From contig JASJGK010000209.1 of NCBI GenBank assembly GCA_033791585.1, positions 1-41,527 on the forward strand: a stretch of DNA of 41,527 nt. The letters run 5' to 3'. The notes under the pieces were generated by a model, which searched no databases, was not told where the DNA came from, and saw only the letters and a program-made list of their open reading frames with translations. The position numbers and the translations under genes were made by a program. Each line of letters begins with the position of its first letter. Position 1 is the stretch's first letter. Positions 1 to 10,052 of this stretch are shown here, in pieces. Source of the DNA: SAR324 cluster bacterium (lineage in GTDB: Bacteria; SAR324; XYD2-FULL-50-16).

Positions 1-1133
1 CCTGCCTTTAAAGCAGCTAAGATGTCATTTAAAGAATCACCACCTGTTTGGTAGTTCGCACCAAATTGTACTGTCTTACCAATATTGCCAGCAACATGGT
101 TTAAGATATTCACAGCAACCTGTAAGGCTGTTGCGTCTTTACCAGATGCGGCAGTACCACCGGCAATAGCGAGGCTAGCTCCACCCTGATTAAATTCAAG
201 GCTAAGTGCTTTGATTTTTTCTTCAGGAACACCAGTTCTAGCTGAAACAGAAGCTGCGTCATAACCACTTAAGTAGTCATTTAAGCGGCTTTTATCAGCG
301 CTAGAAACAGAAGCGCTTCCTAGTAGCTCGTTTGCAACGGCTAAAGCAATTTGTGCCTCAGTACCAGGTGCAGTGTCGATCCACTGGTCAGCGTTAGTTC
401 CAGTTAAGCTCATGTGGCTAGAAACGTGAATAAATTTCCCTTTCTCACCGCCTTGGAAGGCATGCATTTTAGAGTAACCTTTAGTAAAGGTAACTGGGTT
501 TAACCATGACTCTAAAAAGTCAGCTCCAAAACTAACCAGAACTTTTGCATTTTCGATTGCATAATGAGGAATTTCATTCTTACCAAAGGCAAGCCTGTTT
601 CCCTCTTTCACACTAACTGTTGGATTGGCATCAAACTGAAACGCTTGACCACCACCAGTTGCTTTTAAAAATTCAGCTTTTAACCCTTCAATGCTACCTG
701 AAGCGGGGTTACCTATGTAAACCACGCTTCCAGCGGCAGCAGTTAATTTTTCGGTTAAAAGTTTTTTTCCATCAGCCCAAGTAACAGCACCGCTTTTTGT
801 CTTTGGTCCTTTGAGCCTAGTCGGTGCATATAGCCCCTGCATAGACCCCTGACCAATCGCGCATAAGCCACCATTGTTCATTGGGTTTTTTCTGTTGCCT
901 TCGGCTTTAATAGCACGACCTTCACGGGTCCTTACTACCATACCACATTGAGCAGAACATTCGTTACATGTAGTAGCAAAATGAATGGAAACCCCAGGTA
1001 CATAATCATGTGGGGGAACCAACATAGGGATGATCTCTTCTACGGGATCAGCCTCACAGCCTGCTACAGCAACAGCCGCGCCGCTAACAGCAGCGAGCTT
1101 AAAAAAGTCTCTTCGGTTTACGCCTTTGTTCAT
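1..1133 (-). CDS. Tat-exported molybdopterin-oxidoreductase-family subunit (ActB/QrcB-like), runs off the left edge
   Basis: Not in the ORF track. Manual translation from ATG at 1133: MNKGVNRRDFFKLAAVSGAAVAVAGC (twin-Arg, lipobox-like Cys), then FATTCNECSAQCGMVVRTREGRAIKAEGN...GGLCAIGQ (4Fe-4S motif of this family). SD AGGAG upstream; directly follows the pentahaem cytochrome. Confidence 0.85.
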   Translation of the reverse strand, partial: MNKGVNRRDFFKLAAVSGAAVAVAGCEADPVEEIIPMLVPPHDYVPGVSIHFATTCNECSAQCGMVVRTREGRAIKAEGNRKNPMNNGGLCAIGQGSMQGLYAPTRLKGPKTKSGAVTWADGKKLLTEKLTAAAGSVVYIGNPASGSIEGLKAEFLKATGGGQAFQFDANPTVSVKEGNRLAFGKNEIPHYAIENAKVLVSFGADFLESWLNPVTFTKGYSKMHAFQGGEKGKFIHVSSHMSLTGTNADQWIDTAPGTEAQIALAVANELLGSASVSSADKSRLNDYLSGYDAASVSARTGVPEEKIKALSLEFNQGGASLAIAGGTAASGKDATALQVAVNILNHVAGNIGKTVQFGANYQTGGDSLNDILAALKA

Positions 1134-1141
1134 CCTATCTC

Positions 1142-1774
1142 CTATTTGTGGCAAACGTAGCAGTCTTTAGAACCAGAGATCACACCGTCAGGCTGCTTTG
1201 CGCTTGCCTGAGAAATAGGATGTGCTCCTCTAGTCTTACGTACAGGTCCAGCGATTTTACCGTTGGTAGTTTGGTGTTGTGTACTGTGACACTTAACACA
1301 CCAGCCCATACTAAGCTCTTGCTTCATGTTATCAAACGACCACTCTTCAATTTTGGTTACGTCCCCATGACACTGGGTACAATCAAAACCGATTTTAATG
1401 TGACGTTTGTGAGAAAAATTAACAAAGTCAGGCACGTCATGAATTTTCTTCCATTTGATAGGAGTCTGTTCATCCCAATGCTTCAGAACCTTGGCAATTT
1501 CTTTCTTTTGCCAATCTTCTGTACCTTGAATTACCTGGTGGCAACCCTGACAGGTTTTGACAGGTGGAATACCGGAACTAAGTGATCGTCTTGCGTAAAT
1601 GTGACAGAACTCGCAAGGGATTTCGTTAGTACCAGCATGTGTTTTGTGACTAAACTTAATCGGCTGCTCGAATTCGTTTGCCATAACAGGAGTAGAAAAC
1701 ACTCCTAAGGCAAGAATCGCGGTAGCCAATAGTAGCCCGATTTTAATTTCGCTGAAAACTCGTTTCATGGTCAT
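1142..1774 (-). CDS. Pentahaem cytochrome c (ActA/QrcA-like)
   Basis: Five CxxCH motifs (CEFCH, CQGCH, CTQCH, CVKCH, CYVCH), QPIKFSHKTH and VPDFVNFSHKRH motifs, SMGWC, N-terminal signal/anchor. Confidence 0.88.
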   Translation of the reverse strand: MTMKRVFSEIKIGLLLATAILALGVFSTPVMANEFEQPIKFSHKTHAGTNEIPCEFCHIYARRSLSSGIPPVKTCQGCHQVIQGTEDWQKKEIAKVLKHWDEQTPIKWKKIHDVPDFVNFSHKRHIKIGFDCTQCHGDVTKIEEWSFDNMKQELSMGWCVKCHSTQHQTTNGKIAGPVRKTRGAHPISQASAKQPDGVISGSKDCYVCHK

Positions 1775-2274
1775 CCAATGAGTCTATTGTAGCTAAGCCA
1801 GGGGGTAACCCATCCTTAGCAAAATGAATGAAAAGCCATTTTTAATTCCCGTGAGGCTTATCTGGGAAAAGCAACGGAGAGTTAAACATGTTTTATAGGT
1901 GAAATCAACAGATATAACCTTAACTTGATCTGCTTTTCAGCAAATCTTGCTTAACTTTCTGAAATTCTAGGCGTTATGTAAATTACAAAAAACACCCTAA
2001 ACTTTTTGTTTCTCTTTATCTAAGAACAAACCAAATTTAACAAAAAATTGGCCTAAATTTAAATCCGCAGCTTAGTAAAACAAGGTTATTGCAATATTAG
2101 CCGAGGCGGTAAACAATAGGTTCAAGTAAAGTCGATTGTGTTTTGTATTACTAAGCACAACAAACCTGAAGTAATCGTATAACAAATTTTTGTTTGTGAT
2201 GCTAGCAAATTTTTACACTTTTCTCATCTTCAAGTTGTTGAATATATTAAAATTCCTATTTCCGAATATCCACT

Positions 2275-2946
2275 ATGTTATTTGACCATAAGCTAACGCC
2301 AGAGCAACTAGAGCAAATTAAAAAGTCCCTAAAACTGCTCAGCCAGACCCTTGACAAAGGAATCGATGGATTCGGCCCCCTGCAAAGCGCAGAGTCGCTT
2401 GGCGAGAAATTCTTGGCAAATCCTGCTTATGAAACAAAAATGGAAAAAATCCAGGCTTTGGCTCGGTGGGAAATCAGAAAAAACTTCTCAACAGGTTTCT
2501 TGACCTCTTTAGGGGGGATACTAACTTTACCCCTAGCCATCCCGGCAAGCCTGGCCGCTAGTTGGATCTTGCAAATCCGCATGGTTGCAGCCATGGCCCA
2601 CATAGCAGGGTTCAATATCACCGACCCCCCTGTAAAAACCTCCATTGCCATTTGCCTCCTTGGAAACAAGGCCAAAGACCTTCTAGATGCTGACCTCTCG
2701 CAAATTGAAGCAATGCTAAGGAAACAGGGAAACACCGCGGGATTTTCAAAGCAATCGTTACAAGTGATCAACCAAGCTTTGGCCAGTGCTCTAATCCGCA
2801 TGGCTACAGAAAAGGGTTTTACTCGAGTCGGGAAAGCCATCCCCCTTTTAGGTGGTGTGGCTGGGGGCTTACTTGATTATTTGTCTGCCAAGGAGTCAGC
2901 CAATTTTGCTATAGAGCTATTCGATATGGAAAGGACCTTAACATGA
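2275..2946 (+). CDS. EcsC family protein
   Basis: TGFLTSLGGILTLPLAIPA, QIRMVAAMAHIAGF and GKAIPLLGGVAGG patterns typical of EcsC. Confidence 0.75.
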   Translation: MLFDHKLTPEQLEQIKKSLKLLSQTLDKGIDGFGPLQSAESLGEKFLANPAYETKMEKIQALARWEIRKNFSTGFLTSLGGILTLPLAIPASLAASWILQIRMVAAMAHIAGFNITDPPVKTSIAICLLGNKAKDLLDADLSQIEAMLRKQGNTAGFSKQSLQVINQALASALIRMATEKGFTRVGKAIPLLGGVAGGLLDYLSAKESANFAIELFDMERTLT

Positions 2947-3962
2947 ATAAAATTCTGCTGATCCAACTCAAGCAAATCGGGGACTGCCTCATGACCACCC
3001 CTGCAATCAGGGCAATAAAGCTTGCCTACCCTGAGTCTGAGATCCATTTTTTAACCCAGACCCCTTCAAACCAGCTTTTTGAACACAACCCATATGTAAG
3101 CAAAGTTCACTGTTTTCCCAAAACCAGTAAACTTAGTGATGTGATACCTGCGGTAATGGCTTTACGCTCAGAAAAATATGATCTTACTATTGATTTTGAA
3201 GTTTTGCCCAAGACGGCTGTACTCAGTTGGCTCACAGGGGCAAAAAAAAGGGTGGGATTCAATTACCGTGGCCGCAGGCTTTTTTACACTCACCCCTTTG
3301 ACGCAAAACCAATCGGCTTCTACGCCGCTGAGAAAAAGCTAGCACTGCTAGAAGCTATTGGAATCACGGCCACAGACTCTCAAATTGAGTTTCCTATTGG
3401 CCCTGAAGAGCAACAATATGCAAAGGATTTATTTAAAGAGCTTAAAGTTGATCCTACCCGACCGATTGTCACCTTTTCCCCCGTTAGCCGAAAGGCCGTT
3501 AAAGTCTGGTCTTTAGAAAATTTTGCATGGATTGCAGACAAATTGATCGCAGAGAAAAACATCCAAGTATTGCTGCTCTGGGGCCCAGGGGAGGAACACT
3601 TTATTAAAGATATGCGTTCCTACATGGACCAGGAGGATTTAGGTGACTATGAAATCCCCACAATCGCCGAAACAGAGGCCATCTTGTTATCTGTGGATTT
3701 ACACGTTGGAAATGACAATGGATTAAAACACTTAGCCGTAGCTGCCCACACGCCTACTGTTTGCATTTTCGGTCAAGCACGTAAAGCGAACTGGACACCG
3801 CCCCATGGAGACCACACTGCACTAGAATTCGACCCAGGATGCAAGTGGAGCTGTAGCTTCCCTGACTGTGAATTGGAGTGTTTAAACGTGAAAAAAGAGG
3901 ATGTTTGGGCAGAGCTGATAAAAAAGGTAGACGGGCTTAAAAATGCTAAAAGTGGATCTTAA
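2943..3962 (+). CDS. Glycosyltransferase family 9 (LPS heptosyltransferase-like)
   Basis: KILLIQLKQIGDCLMTTPAIRAIK start and VGNDNGLKHLAVA..PTVCIFG motif; ATGA overlap with the upstream gene. Confidence 0.9.
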   Translation: MNKILLIQLKQIGDCLMTTPAIRAIKLAYPESEIHFLTQTPSNQLFEHNPYVSKVHCFPKTSKLSDVIPAVMALRSEKYDLTIDFEVLPKTAVLSWLTGAKKRVGFNYRGRRLFYTHPFDAKPIGFYAAEKKLALLEAIGITATDSQIEFPIGPEEQQYAKDLFKELKVDPTRPIVTFSPVSRKAVKVWSLENFAWIADKLIAEKNIQVLLLWGPGEEHFIKDMRSYMDQEDLGDYEIPTIAETEAILLSVDLHVGNDNGLKHLAVAAHTPTVCIFGQARKANWTPPHGDHTALEFDPGCKWSCSFPDCELECLNVKKEDVWAELIKKVDGLKNAKSGS

Positions 3963-3978
3963 AAGCCTCTAGCGGAGT

Positions 3979-4953
3979 CTAAAAAACGTACCCAGAGTGA
4001 ATCTTAAAAGAACTTTGTGTATCCTCAAAAGAGTCAGTGGTTTTTTCATTCACAAAATAAAATCCTAAAACCAAACCATTTTGAGGTACCCAAAGGACAC
4101 CCGTTTCGGTCAATACGGCAACCATTGTATCCGAGTAGACTACACCGTCGTCCCCAGTATATTTAGAAGTAGATTTTTCTCGTTCTTCCCGAACAGCAAA
4201 CAAAAGGCCACTTATGGAAAACTCTACTTGGTTGTAGTCAATTTCTGTTTTGGGATGATAAGAAAAGCTTTTGTCTCCAAATGCTTGCTTTTGCTTTTCA
4301 GGGCTCTTAGCGAAGCTAGATTCTAACCGAAATCGAGTCTCTTCAGGGCTTCCAAAGATCATACCTACCCCAACTTGAGTTTCTTTCCAGCGATTATCCA
4401 CCACAGAATCTCCGCTGGATTTAACATCTCTGGTTCCTGCAGCTAAGAAGAAAGAACCACCCATTTGTAGGGATAAACTGCCCCCTAAGGAGTTTTCTGA
4501 ATTTGCATCTTCGGTGACATCCCCATCAAGGTAGGTTTTTTCGCTCACATCTTTTGCGCTCACCCCAATGGAAGCCCATTGCTCGTGATTCAAACCCAGA
4601 TGGGCTTCAGCACTGGCAAAGGAAACAGGCACTTCATCTGAATAGGTCTCAGTCAAGGTTGTTTGTTGCGACCAATTTACTGAACTGGCCTCAAAGGCTA
4701 CAGGGCCCCAAGGAATAGTTATGCCTGCACTGTTACCATTACGGGTATATTCATAGAAATCTTCGTTCTCGATACTGAGCTTTCCAGTACCTGTGAAGTA
4801 AGACCCAACTGCTGCAGCTTTCATCCGCCAACCTGCGGCAGCCCCTGTTAACACGGGCTGTGTAGGGTCTAGGGGTGCAGTTGCAATCTGAGCCATACCA
4901 CTGGTGGTAAAGCCCAATGTGCAGACTAAGCCCATAATTAAATTTTTCATCAT
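3979..4953 (-). CDS. Putative outer-membrane beta-barrel protein (paralogue 1)
   Basis: Signal peptide from MMKNLI...SGMA, alternating beta-strand pattern, C-terminal GYVF. Start trimmed from the track's 4989. Confidence 0.6.
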   Translation of the reverse strand: MMKNLIMGLVCTLGFTTSGMAQIATAPLDPTQPVLTGAAAGWRMKAAAVGSYFTGTGKLSIENEDFYEYTRNGNSAGITIPWGPVAFEASSVNWSQQTTLTETYSDEVPVSFASAEAHLGLNHEQWASIGVSAKDVSEKTYLDGDVTEDANSENSLGGSLSLQMGGSFFLAAGTRDVKSSGDSVVDNRWKETQVGVGMIFGSPEETRFRLESSFAKSPEKQKQAFGDKSFSYHPKTEIDYNQVEFSISGLLFAVREEREKSTSKYTGDDGVVYSDTMVAVLTETGVLWVPQNGLVLGFYFVNEKTTDSFEDTQSSFKIHSGYVF

Positions 4954-4992
4954 ATACTTTAGCATTCTCGCTACCCTGTTTCTCGTCAAAAC

Positions 4993-5931
4993 TTAAATAA
5001 AATGAAAGCCTACTGTAAATTCCCAATCTTTAGAAAGATGCTCTTGGCCATTTAAATATTCCTTACCATCTGATTTATATAACATCATAGTAAAGTTTAG
5101 CAACCGCAAGCCACCACCGTATCTTGCCCTTTCTTTAACTCTAGTTGTTAAATCAGTTAATATAGGATCTATAGATTCTTTTGTATATTGATACCCAAAC
5201 ATCATCCCCCAAAACTGGGCTTCTATCGAGCCAATGGCCATTTTCGATTCTGGCATCAATTCTAAGAAAGTATCGCCATTACTCCCATCACCTTTACTTG
5301 CCAGCGAATATTCCATCCTAAACATACTAGCATCTGGCCAACCGTACCTTATCCCTATACCACTAAATACTTCAGACCATCTTTTATCTTTATAAGTTGG
5401 CACTTTTTCAACCACCTTTTCCAATCCACCACCAACATAAATGCCTTCACCAATACGAAACCCCATGCTGCCACCATAAGCTGACTCGGACCTAACAATG
5501 CCACTTACATCTGTAGATTTCTCTCGAAAGCCAACACCGACGGAAACCCGATTGTCACCACGCACTGCTAAAAAAAGCTTTTGCTCATTTGTAAGTAGCG
5601 TTGTTACTTCGTCACTTGAAGCATCCCAGTAGGGGTCTTTCAAACCAACGTCACCACTCATTTCAATAGTAACTTGGGTTGGCTGCCAAGCAAAAATCCC
5701 ACTAGAGCCTTTAGCGGCAGTTTTATCTGCCGTCGACCTTGTTGGGGTTTTCTCTTTACCTACCACAGTAGACCCCCCGATTGTGGAACCGAACCGCCAA
5801 GCACTGCCTGAGGCGGTAAGAGAGGGCATCGTTGGGTCTAGCGAAGGTGTTGCCACCTGAGCGATTAAATTTGAGGCTCCCAATATAAAGAATAGGGTGC
5901 ATAATATAAAGAGTTTTTGAATCATGCTCAT
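4993..5931 (-). CDS. Putative outer-membrane beta-barrel protein (paralogue 2)
   Basis: Signal peptide ending LIA-Q, amphipathic strands, C-terminal VGFHFI; shares the LDPTxPxLT...WR N-terminus with its neighbour. Confidence 0.6.
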   Translation of the reverse strand: MSMIQKLFILCTLFFILGASNLIAQVATPSLDPTMPSLTASGSAWRFGSTIGGSTVVGKEKTPTRSTADKTAAKGSSGIFAWQPTQVTIEMSGDVGLKDPYWDASSDEVTTLLTNEQKLFLAVRGDNRVSVGVGFREKSTDVSGIVRSESAYGGSMGFRIGEGIYVGGGLEKVVEKVPTYKDKRWSEVFSGIGIRYGWPDASMFRMEYSLASKGDGSNGDTFLELMPESKMAIGSIEAQFWGMMFGYQYTKESIDPILTDLTTRVKERARYGGGLRLLNFTMMLYKSDGKEYLNGQEHLSKDWEFTVGFHFI

Positions 5932-6108
5932 ATAGTCGAATCTTTCGACATTTTTTGGTTAATATTTTCAACTTCAAAGCAAAGCTTGCCCCCTTCAACT
6001 TGAAGCGGTAAAGTTCTATACAATTTTAGTCTTGCGACCTAATCAATTAGATGCAAAAATAGTGCAAAACTAATGTAAAAAAATAAAAAGCACAAAGAAC
6101 ATTAAAGT

Positions 6109-6825
6109 ATGAAAGCGGCTATAATCCAATTTACCCCCGATTTCCCCACTCCTCTCTTAAATTTTAACTCGCTTATTGCTCTTTGTGAAGAGGCAGCAGC
6201 AAGCGGAGCAAAATTAATCCAACTTCCAGAGATGTGTTTGGCACCTTATTTATGGGACTCCACCCAAGAGATAGCAACCGTTGCCGAGCCAAAACAGGGT
6301 GCTAGCTTTGTAAAGTTAAGTACGTTTGCTGCCAAAAATGATCTCTACATTTGCTATGGATATCCTGAGGTTGAGGGTTCCAACTATTACAACTCGCAAA
6401 ATCTAATCAATCCTGAAGGCAAACTCATAGGCCACTACCGAAAAAAGCACCTTTACGAAGCTGACTTAAGTTGGGCCACCCCTGGCAACCTTCCCTTTCA
6501 ATCCATCCAAACCCCAGTTGGCAAAATTGGATTGGGCATTTGCATGGATTTAAACTTTAATGACTTTACTCATTTTCACGTTTTACTTGAAACCGAAATA
6601 CTCTGTTTAGCAGTAAATTGGCTAGATGAAGGCACAGACGTAACTAGCTATTGGGCAGCTAGGCTCACACCCTTTACCCAAGACGTTTTGATTTCCAACC
6701 GATTTGGCCCAGAGCGCCACATTAAATTTTGTGGAAGGTCATCTCACTTCCAAGGAGGTGAATTATTGGCTATAGGAGAAAAAGATCAAAACCAAATAAT
6801 TATTTTGGAAACCAAAAACTTTTAA
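6109..6825 (+). CDS. Carbon-nitrogen hydrolase (nitrilase superfamily)
   Basis: Catalytic Glu-Lys-Cys triad: LPEM, YRKKHL, GICMD. Confidence 0.9.
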   Translation: MKAAIIQFTPDFPTPLLNFNSLIALCEEAAASGAKLIQLPEMCLAPYLWDSTQEIATVAEPKQGASFVKLSTFAAKNDLYICYGYPEVEGSNYYNSQNLINPEGKLIGHYRKKHLYEADLSWATPGNLPFQSIQTPVGKIGLGICMDLNFNDFTHFHVLLETEILCLAVNWLDEGTDVTSYWAARLTPFTQDVLISNRFGPERHIKFCGRSSHFQGGELLAIGEKDQNQIIILETKNF

Positions 6826-6907
6826 ATTTCTATTTTTTTGGTTGGAAAACTGCTATGTTTTTTCTATAGTATTCTATACTTCTAAACAAATCCACCCGAG
6901 AGGCAAG

Positions 6908-8497
6908 ATGGCGAACGAAACCTTTGGACTTGAAAAACTTGGCTTTAAGAGCTTAAGTAAACTCCACAGAAACTTAAGCGTACAGGAACTGGTTGAACAT
7001 GAATTATCAAAGGGCGAAGGCAAAATTGGCCCCAATGGTAGCTTAATTGTTGACACAGGTAAGTTTACAGGCCGAAGTCCCAAGGATAAGTACTTTGTTG
7101 AAGAAGATTCAACCAAAGACAATCTGTGGTGGGGAAAGGTCAACAAAAAGGTGACTGCAAAGGTATTCGAAACCCTAAAGTCCAGAGTGATGGAATTCCT
7201 GGACGGTGAGGAGCTCTACCTTTTCGATGGATTCTGCGGCGCTGATAAAAAATACCAAATGCCCATTCGGATCGTCACCATGAAGCCATGGCATGCGCAA
7301 TTCGTTAGAAACATGTTCATTCGCCCAAAAGAAGAAGAACTAGTAGGCTTTGACCCCGAGTTCACAATTCTAAATGCCTGCGGTTACTTAGAAAAAGAAT
7401 TTGCAGAGCTTGGTCTTAACAGTGAAGTCTTTGTAATTTTCAACCTCGCTCAAAAATTTGCCATCATCGGTGGCACGGAATACGGCGGGGAGATGAAGAA
7501 AGGTATTTTCTCTGTCATGAACTACTTTTTACCTCTCCAAGATGTAATGAGCATGCACTGTTCAGCTAATGTGGGCCAAAAAGGGGATGTTGCCCTTTTC
7601 TTTGGTCTTTCTGGCACAGGAAAAACAACCCTTTCCACCGACCCCCACAGAATGCTCATCGGTGATGACGAACATGGTTGGAGTGCCGATGGCGTGTTCA
7701 ACTTAGAAGGTGGCTGCTACGCAAAGGTAATTGACTTGGACCCCAAAACAGAACCAGATATTTACGGTGCGATTCGCTTTGAGTCTATCTTAGAAAATGT
7801 GGTTTTTGATGAGGAAACCAGAGTTGTTGACTATTCTGATAAATCTAAGACAGAAAACACTAGGGTAAGTTACCCAATTCACTTGATTGACAATATCAAA
7901 CCTGGTTCTTGTGCAAGTCACCCAAAAAACATCATCTTTTTGACCTGTGATGCCTTTGGAGTGTTACCACCTGTATCCAAGCTAACTCCCGAGCAAGCGA
8001 GCTACCACTTTTTAAGTGGTTACACTGCAAAGGTTGCTGGTACGGAACGAGGTGTTACTGAGCCGGAAGCTACCTTCTCGACTTGTTTTGGCGCAGCCTT
8101 TATGACCTTACGCCCTAAGGTTTACGGTGATCTTCTTGCTAAAAAAATGAAAGACCATAAGTGTAACGCCTATTTAGTCAATACTGGCTGGGTCGGTGGT
8201 GCATACGGAGTGGGCAAGCGCATGAGCTTACCTGACACTCGTGCAATCATTACTGCAATTTTAGATGGTTCTTTATCCCAAGAAAGTCATTGGCATAAGG
8301 ATTCCGTATTTGGGTTTGAATTCCCACTGCACATTGCTTCCATCCCTGATGTGACCATCAACCCTCGAAATACTTGGGAAAACCAAGACGAGTATGATGC
8401 CACAAGAATGAAGCTCGCAAATATGTTTATTGAAAACTTCAAAACCTATGCTGATGAGAGCCCAGACCTATTGTCTGCTGGCCCAACAATCAAGTAA
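6908..8497 (+). CDS. pckA: Phosphoenolpyruvate carboxykinase (ATP)
   Basis: [57 protein letters not shown]. Start set at ATG 6908 after GAGAGG. Confidence 0.97.
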   Translation: MANETFGLEKLGFKSLSKLHRNLSVQELVEHELSKGEGKIGPNGSLIVDTGKFTGRSPKDKYFVEEDSTKDNLWWGKVNKKVTAKVFETLKSRVMEFLDGEELYLFDGFCGADKKYQMPIRIVTMKPWHAQFVRNMFIRPKEEELVGFDPEFTILNACGYLEKEFAELGLNSEVFVIFNLAQKFAIIGGTEYGGEMKKGIFSVMNYFLPLQDVMSMHCSANVGQKGDVALFFGLSGTGKTTLSTDPHRMLIGDDEHGWSADGVFNLEGGCYAKVIDLDPKTEPDIYGAIRFESILENVVFDEETRVVDYSDKSKTENTRVSYPIHLIDNIKPGSCASHPKNIIFLTCDAFGVLPPVSKLTPEQASYHFLSGYTAKVAGTERGVTEPEATFSTCFGAAFMTLRPKVYGDLLAKKMKDHKCNAYLVNTGWVGGAYGVGKRMSLPDTRAIITAILDGSLSQESHWHKDSVFGFEFPLHIASIPDVTINPRNTWENQDEYDATRMKLANMFIENFKTYADESPDLLSAGPTIK

Positions 8498-8590
8498 ATA
8501 CATAGGCTAAGTAATCTTCTTATTCCCCCAAGGCTGGCCAAGGCTTTGAGGGAACCCCCTCCCAATTACCTTATAATTCTGCAACATACT

Positions 8591-9166
8591 TTGAAAATCA
8601 ACAGTCTTGTCCTAATCACGGGCAACGAGGGCAAAGCCCTAGAATTCCAATCTTTACTCAATATACCTGACTTAAAATTCGGCTGGCAAAAGCTTCCCCT
8701 GACTGAGATCCAATCCACACAGATTTCTGAAATCGGCAAGGCTAAGACTACCGTTGCCCTCTTTCACCCTGAACTTAAAGGGGAGTGGGATGCTGTCTTG
8801 ACTGACGACACAGGCTTGTATCTGAAAGCCTTAGGCGGTTTACCAGGCCCCTTAGTGAAATTTTTCTTAGAAGCCCTGGGCGCAGAGGGGATTTTCAATT
8901 TAACCCAGCAGGGCGGCCCCGAGGCCAAGGCAACTTGCATGTTAAGCTTGGGATTAAGTAAAACCAAGGAAATCATTCAGTTTGAAGGTGATGTGCAAGG
9001 CCAGCTGACCAGCCCGCAAGGATCTAGTGGTTTTGGTTGGGATAGCATCTTTCAACCAGATGGATTGAAAAAAACTTACGCTGAATTATCCCTTGCTGAG
9101 AAAAATCAAATCAGCCACAGAACAATAGCTACAAATGCTTTACGAGATTGGATAATCAGTACTTAG
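8591..9166 (+). CDS. Ham1-family non-canonical purine NTP pyrophosphatase (ITPase)
   Basis: ITGNEGK, DDTGL, GLPGP, GFGWDSIF, EKNQISHR. The TTG start at 8591 is a best guess. Confidence 0.9.
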   Translation: MKINSLVLITGNEGKALEFQSLLNIPDLKFGWQKLPLTEIQSTQISEIGKAKTTVALFHPELKGEWDAVLTDDTGLYLKALGGLPGPLVKFFLEALGAEGIFNLTQQGGPEAKATCMLSLGLSKTKEIIQFEGDVQGQLTSPQGSSGFGWDSIFQPDGLKKTYAELSLAEKNQISHRTIATNALRDWIIST

Positions 9167-9212
9167 GCCCGCCAATCAAGATAAATTTTTCAACTTAAAA
9201 TAACGTAGCAAT

Positions 9213-9713
9213 TTAAGTCTTAGGCCCAAATGCAGCTTCAATTTTTTCGATAGTGGCTGGCAGCACATAGTCTGTAATAGGCTCACCAATCCGCACCAAT
9301 TCCCGCACTAAGCTACTACTAACACGGCTGTATTCTGGCTTTGAAAATAGCGCCACCAGTTCTAAGTTCTCATTCGAGCTTCGGTATCCGGCAGCTAAGC
9401 TCGCCTCTCCTTCAAAATCACCAGAATGACGCAAACCCCGCAATATTACCCTAGCCCCTTTATCCATAGCATAACGTGCGATGGAACCAGAAAAATGATC
9501 TAATGTTACGTTGTTGAGCTTGTAATAATCAATATAATCCTGCATGATGCTTATTTGACTCGTCAAGGGGAGCCTTTGCTGTTTTTCAGCATTATGCGCC
9601 GCAACCCAATAGACATGTCCATATAGATTCGCCGCTCGGCGTATTATATCTCCGTGGCCCCAAGTTGGGGGCTGAGCGCTGATGGGATAAATGGCTATGG
9701 TCTTGTTTGTCAT
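9213..9713 (-). CDS. coaD: Pantetheine-phosphate adenylyltransferase (divergent)
   Basis: AIYP...PPTWGHGDII, ILRGLR..GDFEGE, VSSSLVREL; 166 aa. Confidence 0.85.
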   Translation of the reverse strand: MTNKTIAIYPISAQPPTWGHGDIIRRAANLYGHVYWVAAHNAEKQQRLPLTSQISIMQDYIDYYKLNNVTLDHFSGSIARYAMDKGARVILRGLRHSGDFEGEASLAAGYRSSNENLELVALFSKPEYSRVSSSLVRELVRIGEPITDYVLPATIEKIEAAFGPKT

Positions 9714-9722
9714 GAGTATAAA

Positions 9723-9899
9723 TTAAGGTTTTGGCTGAGTTTTTGGCTCAAAAAAGGGGCAATTCTTACCTGAAGCCGAAAATACTTCTCGAGAAGGAAT
9801 CACGGCCGATTTAAAGGCCCATTTTTTACACCCATTTGGGTGGTCTTTCTCCCAAGTTACGTAGAAGTATAAACAGCGATGGCAATTGGGCTGAGTCAT
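9723..9899 (-). CDS. 58-aa four-Cys protein (CxxC..YVTW...GC..FKS...PS..V...SG..C pattern), probable metal binder
   Basis: Below the track cutoff. Translation MTQPNCHRCLYFYVTWEKDHPNGCKKWAFKSAVIPSREVFSASGKNCPFFEPKTQPKP; ends 9 nt before the coaD start. Confidence 0.75.
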   Translation of the reverse strand: MTQPNCHRCLYFYVTWEKDHPNGCKKWAFKSAVIPSREVFSASGKNCPFFEPKTQPKP

Positions 9900-10052
9900 G
9901 GCATGTGCCTAATAGATAGGCAGAAAAAAAATTAAGTTTTAAGACTGTTATAAATTAATTATTAACACCTTTTAGCTTTAAATCAAGACCCTGAGTTAGA
10001 CTCAACAACATTTTTTTTGCTCAGCAGAGTAATATTCGATTTTAAGGAAATC

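Noticed and set aside
948-1585. Plus-strand ORFs 948-1160 and 1148-1585
   Set aside because: Antisense shadows of the cytochrome c and ActB/QrcB-like genes, with no motifs. The same applies to the many short nested or antisense ORFs inside pckA, hoxA, hya, hyp and hup genes.
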